64,000 nucleotides of DNA from assembly GCA_963763775.1 (NCBI GenBank), contig CAVXPZ010000001.1, positions 1,248,001 to 1,312,000 of the forward strand, in the 5' to 3' direction. The stretch is from an uncultured Chloroflexia bacterium (lineage in GTDB: Bacteria > Chloroflexota > Limnocylindria > Limnocylindrales > CSP1-4). Below the pieces are notes generated by a model. It did not search any database. It saw only the letters and a list, made by a program, of their open reading frames with translations, and was not told where the DNA came from. Shown here piece by piece: positions 1 to 8,194 of this stretch. A program made the position numbers and the translations under genes. The stretch's first letter is position 1. Each line of letters starts with the position of its first letter.

Positions 1-437
1 CCGTCCGAGCGCAGCCGCACCTCGCCGGACGCCGAACCGGTCTCGCGCGCCTCCTCGACGATGGACTCGATCCGGGCGTCGAGGAAGGCCCCGGTCAGGG
101 ACATGCCGCTCAACGTGCCGGCGCCACGCTCGAGGAACGCATGGGCGGCGGCATTGGCCAGCTCGATCCGGCGGTCGTCGTCGAGTCGGACGATGCCGAT
201 CCCGATCAGCTCGATCAGGTAGGCGAGGTCGCGACGGGCGCCGTCGAGCTGGAACCGGGCGGTGTCGGCGTCCTCGATGAGCCGCCGCACCCGCCCGGGG
301 AGGTCGTCGCCGGCCGCACGGTCGGCGGTCTGGTCGCGGATCTCCTCGAGCTCGCGTCCGCGCTGGATCGCGACGGCGATGGCCAGTGCGAGCAGGCTCG
401 CCAGCACGAGGATGAAGAGGATGACCGCGGGATCCAC
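1..437 (-). CDS. Sensor histidine kinase, PhoR-like, N-terminal part (runs off window start)
   Basis: Manual translation from GTG at 437: MDPAVILFILVLASLLALAIAVAIQRG (TM helix), then coiled segment and PAS-like LIELIGIGIVRLDDDRRIELANAAAHAFL. Lies next to DUF47/Pit/PhoB genes. Kinase core is outside the window. Confidence 0.65.
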   Translation of the reverse strand, partial: MDPAVILFILVLASLLALAIAVAIQRGRELEEIRDQTADRAAGDDLPGRVRRLIEDADTARFQLDGARRDLAYLIELIGIGIVRLDDDRRIELANAAAHAFLERGAGTLSGMSLTGAFLDARIESIVEEARETGSASGEVRLRSD

Positions 438-503
438 GGCGCGAGCATCGCATACCCTCGGGACCTGCGGCCGCCTCGTCGGAGAGCGGGTACCCTATCG
501 CGG

Positions 504-1118
504 ATGAAGCTCCGGTTGCTCCCCAAGGAAGAGCAATTCTTCGACCTCTTCGTCGAGGATGCCGCGAACGTCCTCGGCGCCGCGCGGTTCCTCGACGCGA
601 TGCTCCGCTCCTATGACGAGCTGGATCGCCGTGCCGCGGAGATCCGCGAGGCCTCGCTCCGGGGTGACGAGATCTCCCGCGAGATCGTCGAGCGTCTCGA
701 TGCCACGTTCGTGCCCCCGTTCGACCGCGCCGACGTCCAGTCGCTGCTCCGCGGTCTCGACGACGTCCTCGAGCGCATCGACGAGGCGGCCGACACGTTC
801 GTCCTGTACGCGATCGACGCGCCGTCCGCGGCGGCCGTCCAGCTCGCCGCGATCCTGGTCCGCCAGGGCGAGCAACTGCACGAGGCGCTCATCCGGCTCC
901 CGGCCTTCCAGGGCCTGGACCCGTTCCTCGCCGAGGTCGAGCGGCTCCAGGACGAGGGCGAGCGCGTGTGTCGAGCGGCGGTCGCGGCACTGTTCGAGGG
1001 AGAGGACGCGCTCCACATCATCAAGTGGCGCAAGGTCTACCAGGTCCTCGAGGCCGCGGTCGACCTCTACGAGGACGTCGCGGACGTCATCGCGCGGATC
1101 GCCCTCCGGAACGCCTGA
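504..1118 (+). CDS. DUF47 family phosphate transport regulator (PhoU-like), paralog 1
   Basis: MKLRLLPKEEQFFDLF, ATFVPPFDRADV and IIKWRKVY motifs; clearly similar to 5124-5741. ATG at 504 follows TACCCT (-10-like). Confidence 0.85.
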   Translation: MKLRLLPKEEQFFDLFVEDAANVLGAARFLDAMLRSYDELDRRAAEIREASLRGDEISREIVERLDATFVPPFDRADVQSLLRGLDDVLERIDEAADTFVLYAIDAPSAAAVQLAAILVRQGEQLHEALIRLPAFQGLDPFLAEVERLQDEGERVCRAAVAALFEGEDALHIIKWRKVYQVLEAAVDLYEDVADVIARIALRNA

Positions 1119-2181
1119 CCGAGTCGCGGACCGGCGGCGGCGCCTTCGCCGCGATCAGCCAGGGACGCCACGGCGCGGCGAGTTCGTCGAAGACATGGAC
1201 GGTGAACGCGTGGCGCAGCGCGAGGAGGTGCGCCGGCCGGCCGGCCGCACTCCGCGCCCGTGACCGCGTCGCCGCGTCCACGCCGCCTGGCACGGCTGCC
1301 GCGGCGTCGCGCGCGGCGAGCTGGGCCGAGATGCGCAGCCCGTCCTCGTCCTCGAGCGAGATCGACGGCGGCCATGGCGGCTCGCTCCCGGCGAGGCCCG
1401 CCCCCGTCGCCGCGAGATGCCGGACGCCGGCCGGGTCGAGGGCCGCGATCCGACCGAGCAGCTGCTCGACGGCCGTGCCGTTCGGTCCGTACCGTGGTTG
1501 GCCGACGGCCGCCTCCCACCCACGGACGAGTCGTTCCTGGGTCCGGCTACGGAAGGGCTCGCTGAGCAGGTCGTCGAGGAACGTGCCGAGGACGAGCTCG
1601 GTCGCGTAGCTCTCGATGGTGTCCCGGATCGGCGGCCGGTCCGCGCCGGGCGGGAGGGCGGCCGCGATCCGCGCGTCGATCAATTCGAGGGCCTCGAGGC
1701 GGTCCGGCGGCAGGAACCGGCGGATGGTCGCCCCGAAGGCGATGGGCGGCGGGTCGACCAGCGCCAGACGATCGAGTTCGGTGGTGTGAGCGCGGCGACC
1801 CGGGCGATGAACCGGTCTGCGAGCGTCGCCGGGTCGACCGGTCGCGGCGGCGGTGCCGGAGCGGCACGCGCGGCGCGAGCGGACCCGGCGGCGCCGTCGC
1901 GAGCCCGCCAGGCTGCGGCCGTGCGCATCGCCGCGGGGCCCGACCGCATGACGGAGCCCGCGCTCGCGGTCGTAGCGCGCCCGGAGCACCGGGTCGCTGA
2001 GCCAGTCGTGGGCGACGTTGACGCGCTTGGCGATCTCGAGCCCGTCGTCGCCGGCCACGTCCGGATGGTGGCGGCGCAGGAGCGCCCGCCAGGCGAGCTC
2101 GATCGCCTCGGGACTGGCGTCGACGGGCACGTCGAGGCGGCCGTAGAGGTCGTCGGCCGGCAGGGCTGGGCGGGGCGGCAT
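1087..2181 (-). CDS. J-domain protein with uncharacterised C-terminal region (two probable compensating indels, ~1790 and ~1950)
   Basis: DLYGRLDVPVDASPEAIELAWRALLRRHHPDVAG...RVNVAHDWLSDPVLRARYD is a J domain with HPD. Start chosen after TAGGAT-N7-ATG. Confidence 0.75.
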   Translation of the reverse strand: MPPRPALPADDLYGRLDVPVDASPEAIELAWRALLRRHHPDVAGDDGLEIAKRVNVAHDWLSDPVLRARYDRERGLRHAVGPRGDAHGRSLAGSRRRRRVRSRRACRSGTAAATGRPGDARRPVHRPGRRAHTTELDRLALVDPPPIAFGATIRRFLPPDRLEALELIDARIAAALPPGADRPPIRDTIESYATELVLGTFLDDLLSEPFRSRTQERLVRGWEAAVGQPRYGPNGTAVEQLLGRIAALDPAGVRHLAATGAGLAGSEPPWPPSISLEDEDGLRISAQLAARDAAAAVPGGVDAATRSRARSAAGRPAHLLALRHAFTVHVFDELAAPWRPWLIAAKAPPPVRDSVRRSGGRSAR

Positions 2182-2230
2182 CCGGGCCATCCTACCCGGG
2201 GCCGGGCGCTGCCTCGGCCGCGGCGCCGGC

Positions 2231-3934
2231 TCAGCCGCCGCTGAGGATCGCCTCGACCTCCTCGATCGATCGCGTCGTCCGCTCACCGGTCGCGCGATTC
2301 ACGACCTCGACACCGCCCGCCGCGAGCGACCGCGGGCTCACCGTCAGGATCCAGGGCATGCCCAGCAGCTCCGCGTCGGTGAACTTGACGCCCGGCGACT
2401 CCTCACGGTCGTCCCAGAGGATCTCGTGGCGCGGTCCGGACGCCGCGGCGAGGTCGTGCAACTGGCCGGCGACCTCGTCGACGCGCGGGTCCTTCGCCGA
2501 CCCGATCGTCACGAGATGCGCGAAGTACGGCGCGACCTCGGCCGGCCACACGATGCCCTTGTCGTCGTGGTGCGCCTCGACGATGCACGCGACGTTCCGC
2601 CCCACGCCGATGCCGTACGAGCCCATGACGATCGGGTGCGCGACGCCATCCTCGCCAAGGTAGGTCGCCCCGAAGGCGTCGGAGTACTTCGTCCCGAGCT
2701 TGAAGATGTTGCCGACCTCGATGCCGTTGCGGAGGATCACCGGCTGGCCGCACGTCGGGCACGCGTCGCCTTCCTGGGCGTTGGTGATGTCGGTGACGAC
2801 GTCGGGCGTGAAGTCGCGACCGACGTTCACGTTCCGGTAGTGGTAGCCGACCTTGTTGGCGCCGGCCACGAGGTTGGGCGAGCGCGCCACGAGGTCGTCC
2901 ACCACGACGACCGTATCGTGGGCGCCGATCGGCGAGCCGTACCCAGCCTCCATGCCGGCGGCCGTGATCTCCTCGACCTGCGCGGGGCGGATCCCGCCGG
3001 TCGCCGCGACCGCGTTGACCAGCTTCGTCTCGTTGACCTCGTGGTCACCGCGCACGATCGCGGTGATGAGCCGGCCGTCGCCCGTCTTGAAGAACGCGGC
3101 CTTGGCCGTCCGGTCGGCGCCGACGCCGAGGAACGCGGCGAGCGACGCGATCGTCGTGGTCCCCGGTGTCGCGATCTCCTCGATCGGGAGCGCGGCCTCG
3201 TCGGGCGGCGACGCCTTCGGGACGATCGCGATCTGGCGGTTGGCCGCGTAGCCGCAGGCCTCGCAGAGGACGAGGACGTCCTCGCCGGCGGGGTTGAGGA
3301 CCATGAACTCGTGGGCCTGGCTGCCGCCCATCATCCCGACGTCCGAGCTGACGGCGATGGTCTCGAGCCCGAGCCGCTCGAAGGTCCGAACGTACGCGCC
3401 GTGCTGCGCCCAGTACGAGACGTCCAGCCCGGCGTCGTCGCGGTCGCAGCTGTACGCGTCCTTCATGACGAACTCGCGGACGCGGATGAGGCCGCCGCGC
3501 GCGCGTGGCTCGTCGCGCCACTTGGTCTGGAAGTGGTAGAGCTGCATCGGCAGCTGCCGGTACGACTTGACGATGTCGGCGAGCAGCGACCCGACGACCT
3601 CTTCGTGGGTCATCGCCAGCACCATGTCCCGCCCGTTCCGGTCCTTGAACCGGCCGAGCTCGGGGCCGATCGCGTCGTAGCGCCCGCTGGCGCGCCAGAC
3701 GTCGGCCGGGTGGACGACCGGCATCTCCATCTCCTGGGCGCCGATCCGGTCCTGCTCCTCGCGGATGATCTGCTCGACGCGATCGTTCACCCGCTTGCCG
3801 AGCGGCAGCAGCGAGTAGATGCCGCTGCCGAGCTGGCGCACGTAGCCGGCGCGCTGGAGGAGGCGGTGGGACGGCATCTCGGCATCGGCCGGGTCGTCCC
3901 GAAGCGTGGCGAAGAACAGGTGGGAGAGTCGCAT
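2231..3934 (-). CDS. proS: Proline--tRNA ligase (bacterial type with insertion editing domain)
   Basis: MRLSHLFFATLRDDPADAEMPSHRLL, WRDEPRARGGLIRVREFVMKDAYS, GIEVGNIFKLGTKYS, MGSYGIGVGR. Confidence 0.97.
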   Translation of the reverse strand: MRLSHLFFATLRDDPADAEMPSHRLLQRAGYVRQLGSGIYSLLPLGKRVNDRVEQIIREEQDRIGAQEMEMPVVHPADVWRASGRYDAIGPELGRFKDRNGRDMVLAMTHEEVVGSLLADIVKSYRQLPMQLYHFQTKWRDEPRARGGLIRVREFVMKDAYSCDRDDAGLDVSYWAQHGAYVRTFERLGLETIAVSSDVGMMGGSQAHEFMVLNPAGEDVLVLCEACGYAANRQIAIVPKASPPDEAALPIEEIATPGTTTIASLAAFLGVGADRTAKAAFFKTGDGRLITAIVRGDHEVNETKLVNAVAATGGIRPAQVEEITAAGMEAGYGSPIGAHDTVVVVDDLVARSPNLVAGANKVGYHYRNVNVGRDFTPDVVTDITNAQEGDACPTCGQPVILRNGIEVGNIFKLGTKYSDAFGATYLGEDGVAHPIVMGSYGIGVGRNVACIVEAHHDDKGIVWPAEVAPYFAHLVTIGSAKDPRVDEVAGQLHDLAAASGPRHEILWDDREESPGVKFTDAELLGMPWILTVSPRSLAAGGVEVVNRATGERTTRSIEEVEAILSGG

Positions 3935-4069
3935 GGCCGGTAAGGATAGCCGCCGGATCACCCAACGCGGGTCTCATCCGTTCCGGGGGAGGCGTCGCGG
4001 CAGCGCGACCGGCTACCATCACGCTGCCCGTCACCCTGCGCTCCCTGTCCGGAGGTCCCCCGACTCCCC

Positions 4070-5077
4070 GTGGAAGGCGTCACGCTCTCGCTGCTCGCCA
4101 TCGTCGTGCTGGCGGTCATCTTCGACTACATCAACGGATTCCACGACACCGCCAACGCGATCGCGACGTCCGTCGCCACCCGGGCGCTCCGCCCGAGCCA
4201 CGCCATCCTCATGGCGACGACCTTCAACTTCATCGGGGCGTTCGCGGGCACGGCTGTCGCCAAGACCATCGGGTCGGGCCTCGTCGACGACCAGACGACC
4301 ACCGACACGATCATCATGGCCGCGCTCATCGGCGGGATCACGTGGGACCTCATCACCTGGTACTTCGCGGTCCCGAGCTCGAGCTCGCAGGCCCTGATCG
4401 GCGGGCTCATCGGCGCGACGATCATCGCCGCGGGGACCGGCGCCCTGAACGTCCAGGGGATCATCAACAAGGTCCTCATCCCGAGCCTGACGTCCCCGGT
4501 GATCGGGTTCGTCGGCGCCTTCCTGCTGATGCTCGCGCTGTACTGGATCTTCCGGAAGTCCAAGCGCAAGCCGATGGCCCGCGTCTTTCGCCGCCTCCAG
4601 GTCGTGTCAGCCGGGTACATGGCCTTCGCCCACGGCTCGAACGACGCCCAGAAGACCATGGGCATCATCACGTTGGCCCTGTTCTCGGCCGGGGTGATCC
4701 CGACGAACGACGTCCCGCCGTGGGTCATCATCGTGTCGGCCACCGCGATCTCCCTCGGAACCGCGGTCGGTGGCTGGCGGATCATGCACACGATGGGCCA
4801 GCGGGTCGCGGAGCTCGAGCCGATCCACGGCTTCGCTGCCGAGACGACGGCCGCGACCGTCCTGATCGGTACGGCGCACCTCGGCATGCCGGTGTCGACC
4901 ACCCACGTCATCTCGAGCGCGATCATGGGCGTCGGCTCTGCGCGCGGCGCCAAGGGCGTCCGCTGGGGCGTGGCCCGGTCCATCCTGCTGGCCTGGGTCG
5001 TCACGCTGCCCGCCTCGGGGACCATCGCGGCCCTGACCTGGGTCGTTCTGAACTTCTTCGGGATCGGCGCCGCATGA
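4070..5077 (+). CDS. pit: Inorganic phosphate transporter, PiT family
   Basis: INGFHDTANAIATSV, HGSNDAQKTMGII and PVSTTH motifs; multiple TM segments. Confidence 0.95.
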   Translation: MEGVTLSLLAIVVLAVIFDYINGFHDTANAIATSVATRALRPSHAILMATTFNFIGAFAGTAVAKTIGSGLVDDQTTTDTIIMAALIGGITWDLITWYFAVPSSSSQALIGGLIGATIIAAGTGALNVQGIINKVLIPSLTSPVIGFVGAFLLMLALYWIFRKSKRKPMARVFRRLQVVSAGYMAFAHGSNDAQKTMGIITLALFSAGVIPTNDVPPWVIIVSATAISLGTAVGGWRIMHTMGQRVAELEPIHGFAAETTAATVLIGTAHLGMPVSTTHVISSAIMGVGSARGAKGVRWGVARSILLAWVVTLPASGTIAALTWVVLNFFGIGAA

Positions 5078-5123
5078 GCGACTCCGTCCCCATCACCGCC
5101 ATCGACCGCTGGAGGCACGTGCC

Positions 5124-5741
5124 ATGACCTTCCGACTCCTCCCCAAGGACGTCCGGTTCTTCGAGCTCTTCGTCGCCGATGGCGAGAACCTCCAGGCGGC
5201 CGCGACCCGACTCGACGAGATGATCACGACCTACGATCGACTCAGCGAACGGGTGGCGGAGATCCAGGTCCTGGAGCATCGTGGCGACGAGATCGACCGG
5301 GAGATCTCGCAGCGACTCGAGGACGCGTTCATCACGCCGTTCGACCGCGAGGACATCCACGAGCTGACGGTCCGGCTCGACGACGTCGTCGACGGGATCC
5401 AGGCCACCGCCGAGACCTTCGTCATCTACGGCATCACCGAACCCACCGATGAGTCGCGGCAGCTCGCCGGGATCCTCAAGCAGCAGTCCGACCACCTCGT
5501 CGAGGCGCTCCGGAGCCTTGAGGGGCTCAAGGGCGTCGACACGCATCTGGTCAAGGTCCATGACCTCGAGCACCAAGCCGACACGTTGTCCCGCGCCGCG
5601 GTCGCGAAGCTCTTCCGTGGCGGCGCCGACCCGCTCGAGGTCATCAAGTGGCGCGACATCTACCGCGAGATGGAGGACGCCATCGACGCGGCGGAGGATG
5701 CCGCCGAGGCCATCGAGCGGATGTACCACAAGGCGACCTAG
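5124..5741 (+). CDS. DUF47 family phosphate transport regulator, paralog 2
   Basis: LEHRGDEI, FITPFDREDI, LEHQAD, VIKWRDIY; directly downstream of pit with a GGAGG RBS. Confidence 0.92.
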   Translation: MTFRLLPKDVRFFELFVADGENLQAAATRLDEMITTYDRLSERVAEIQVLEHRGDEIDREISQRLEDAFITPFDREDIHELTVRLDDVVDGIQATAETFVIYGITEPTDESRQLAGILKQQSDHLVEALRSLEGLKGVDTHLVKVHDLEHQADTLSRAAVAKLFRGGADPLEVIKWRDIYREMEDAIDAAEDAAEAIERMYHKAT

Positions 5742-6265
5742 CCTCGACGGGACCCCCCAGGGGGACGGCGCCGTGGCAACGCCAGACTCCCTCGTCCTCG
5801 ACCGTTGGCGTTGAGGCCCGGGTCCCACGACGGCCGGCCATCGCCGTCGCCGAGCTCGAGCCAGCGGATCGCGTAGGCGAGCCGGACCGGACCCATGGGG
5901 CCCGTCGGCGAGCCGTCCGGCATGAGGACCGGCCGCCGGATGTGGAACGCCTCACGACCGAAGGAGGCCGCGAGCGCGCTCCGAGAGTGGATCGGCGCGA
6001 GCTCGCGGCGGACGGATTCGACCTTCCGGACGAACGCCGGGTCGGACCACGCGGCATCGGCCCCCACCGTGCCGCGGGCCCGACGGAGCACCTGCAGAGC
6101 ATCCAGCGCCAACGCCCGTCGGGGCGTCGGCGCTGGCGCAGGAGCGGGAGGGCCGCCCGTGGGGAGGAGTGCCCCGAGCGGCGGGAGGGTGCCGATCGAC
6201 GGCTCGTCGCCGCCACGCGACCCTCGCGGCGGATCGACGGCGGGCGGACGAGCGACGATCGACAT
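5738..6265 (-). CDS. Hypothetical protein
   Basis: Fills the gap between DUF47 and the response regulator. Pro-rich N-terminus then a globular-looking core (WSDPAFVRKVESVRRELAPIHSRSALAASFGRE...LAYAIRWLEL). Confidence 0.55.
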   Translation of the reverse strand: MSIVARPPAVDPPRGSRGGDEPSIGTLPPLGALLPTGGPPAPAPAPTPRRALALDALQVLRRARGTVGADAAWSDPAFVRKVESVRRELAPIHSRSALAASFGREAFHIRRPVLMPDGSPTGPMGPVRLAYAIRWLELGDGDGRPSWDPGLNANGRGRGSLALPRRRPPGGSRRG

Positions 6266-6287
6266 GCCCGCAGCGTGGGGCGGGGTC

Positions 6288-6315
6288 ATCAACAGGGGCT
6301 TATCGCCGTGTCAAC
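6288..6315 (-). promoter_or_regulatory. Candidate PHO box (three hexamers at 11-nt period)
   Basis: Minus strand reads GTTGAC-N5-GATAAG-N5-GTTGAT upstream of the 5738-6265 ORF. Confidence 0.4.
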
Positions 6316-6357
6316 GATGCGGTCGGTGCGGATCCGTCGACGCGCTTCCGCGATGAC

Positions 6358-7053
6358 TCAGGCCGGACGCCGGAACACGTAGCCGACGCCGCGGACCGTG
6401 TGGATGAACGCCGGATGCCCGGGGTCCTCCTCGATCTGCGAGCGCAGCCAGTGCACGTGGACGTCGACCGTGCGGGTCTCGCCCGCGTAGTCGTAGCCCC
6501 AGACGTGCTCCAGGAGCTGGTCGCGGGTGAACACCTGGCCCGGGTGCCGGATGAGGAACGCGAGCAGCTCGAAGGCCTTGGGCTTCACCGGCAGGACCTC
6601 GCCGTCGCGGAGGAGCCGGTGCCCGCCGAGGTCGGCCTGGACGCGCCCGAGGTCGACGACCGCCGGCGGACCTTCGACGGCCACGTTCTGCTCCGAGCGG
6701 CGGAACAGCGCGCGGATGCGCGCCGTCAGCTCGCGCAGGCTGAACGGCTTCGTGACGTAGTCGTCGGCGCCGAGCTCGAGGCCGACGACCTTGTCGAGCT
6801 CGGAGTCCTTCGCCGTCAGCATCACGATGGGCACGCCCGACTCGGCACGGATGATCCGGCAGACCTCGATGCCCGAGAGTTCGGGGAGCATGAGGTCGAG
6901 CAGGACGAGGTCCGGGCGCTCGGCGCGGAACGCGGTCAGCGCCTCTCGGCCGTCCGCCGCCGCGACGACCCGGAATCCATCGGCCTCGAGCGCGTCGACG
7001 ATCGTCTCGCGCAGGGTCGGCTCGTCGTCGACGACGAGGATCGTTCGTGCCAT
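6358..7053 (-). CDS. OmpR/PhoB-family response regulator (PhoB/PhoP/RegX3-like)
   Basis: ILVVDDE, LLDLMLP, GADDYVTKPF, RTVDVHVHWLRSQIE, TVRGVGY; phosphate gene context. Confidence 0.93.
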   Translation of the reverse strand: MARTILVVDDEPTLRETIVDALEADGFRVVAAADGREALTAFRAERPDLVLLDLMLPELSGIEVCRIIRAESGVPIVMLTAKDSELDKVVGLELGADDYVTKPFSLRELTARIRALFRRSEQNVAVEGPPAVVDLGRVQADLGGHRLLRDGEVLPVKPKAFELLAFLIRHPGQVFTRDQLLEHVWGYDYAGETRTVDVHVHWLRSQIEEDPGHPAFIHTVRGVGYVFRRPA

Positions 7054-7062
7054 TCGTCCCCG

Positions 7063-7094
7063 ATGATACGGACCCGTGTTAACGGGCCGTTCAT
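7063..7094 (-). promoter_or_regulatory. -10 element plus candidate PHO box upstream of the response regulator
   Basis: TATCAT on the minus strand at 7063-7068; plus strand GTTAAC(7078)-N5-GTTCAT(7089), an 11-nt spaced direct repeat. Confidence 0.5.
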
Positions 7095-7131
7095 GGGACC
7101 CCGGCGGATCGGAAGCGCGGGCGGTGGCGGC

Positions 7132-7521
7132 CTACGCGGAACCCTTCTTCGAGTCCGGCAGCGCCGTGAAGTACTCGACGAAGTCCGTGCATCGGCCGTC
7201 GCCGTCGAAGCGCAGCGTCCAGAGGTTGTAGTACAGGTCGCGCAGCGAGCCGTCCGGGTTGGTATACCGGCTCTCGCCGCGGGCGACGGCGCGATCGTCC
7301 TCGAGCGCGTATGGCTCGTAGTGCGCCTCCCAGCTGTCGGGCGCGTCCTGGTTCTCGAGCCAGTCGGCCACGATGGCCTCGCGGCCCGCGAGTGGCTGGT
7401 CGTACGGGTGGTAGCGATAGGTCGCGTCCACGGAGAACAGCTCGCCGATCGCGTCGGCGTCGTAGCTCCGCCATGCCTCGACGTAGCGATCGAGCCAGCG
7501 CTGGACGTCGTCGTGGGTCAT
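7132..7521 (-). CDS. SnoaL/NTF2-like protein
   Basis: MTHDDVQRWLDRYVEAWRSYDADAIGELFSVDATY...GREAIVADW...LRFDGDGRCTDFVEY; GGAG RBS. Confidence 0.85.
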   Translation of the reverse strand: MTHDDVQRWLDRYVEAWRSYDADAIGELFSVDATYRYHPYDQPLAGREAIVADWLENQDAPDSWEAHYEPYALEDDRAVARGESRYTNPDGSLRDLYYNLWTLRFDGDGRCTDFVEYFTALPDSKKGSA

Positions 7522-7585
7522 CGGTGCTCCTTCGATTGCGGGTCGGGACCATCGTCGCGGTCGTACGTGCCAGATGTTGACCGGA

Positions 7586-8194
7586 TCAGATCCCGGTGAT
7601 CCGGTCGTAGATGACCTGGAACGCGAGGTATCCGAGCGCCCCGAGCGCGAGCGCCGGGAGCACCGCGACGTAGCCGCCGACGCGGTCCGGCCACGACCGC
7701 CCGACGACGAGCGGGATCGCCGCCCCCACGAGCAGGTACGCCGGTCCGACCGACGAGGCCGGCACGACACGGAGCTGGTACACGCCCTCGGCGATGAAGA
7801 CCGCGCCGAGCAGACCGATCGCCAGGGCCCGGAGCCGGCGGTCCGGGCTCGTGCGCCATCCGAAGCCGGCGAGGCCGAAGACCGAGCCCCCGACCAGCGC
7901 GCCGAGACCCCAGAAGACCAGCGAGGCGGTCCCGCCGCCGATCCCGAACCGGATCGTGGTCGTGGCGTAGAAGCCGACGACCGCGAGCGCCAGGGCGCCC
8001 ACGCCCGCCGCGACGGCCCAGCGCCGGTCCGGCATCGTCGAGCCGAGGAGGAAGGCGACCAGCAGCCACGGCGAGATCGAATTGCCGACCTGCGACCACG
8101 CATCGGGCAGGAGGTCCTGCGCGAACTGGCTGAGGACCCCCGTCGCCAGCCCGATCCCGGCGATCGTGGCGACGCGTCGGACCGCCGGGCTCAC
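7586..8194 (-). CDS. Integral membrane protein (DUF6518-like)
   Basis: GTGA overlap with the gltX stop; 6-7 hydrophobic helices; GNSISPWLLVAF motif. Confidence 0.7.
   Translation of the reverse strand: MSPAVRRVATIAGIGLATGVLSQFAQDLLPDAWSQVGNSISPWLLVAFLLGSTMPDRRWAVAAGVGALALAVVGFYATTTIRFGIGGGTASLVFWGLGALVGGSVFGLAGFGWRTSPDRRLRALAIGLLGAVFIAEGVYQLRVVPASSVGPAYLLVGAAIPLVVGRSWPDRVGGYVAVLPALALGALGYLAFQVIYDRITGI

Noticed and set aside
3935-4069. T-box leader for proS
   Set aside because: The intergenic region is short, has no T-box consensus, and a -10 element sits 8 nt before the ATG.
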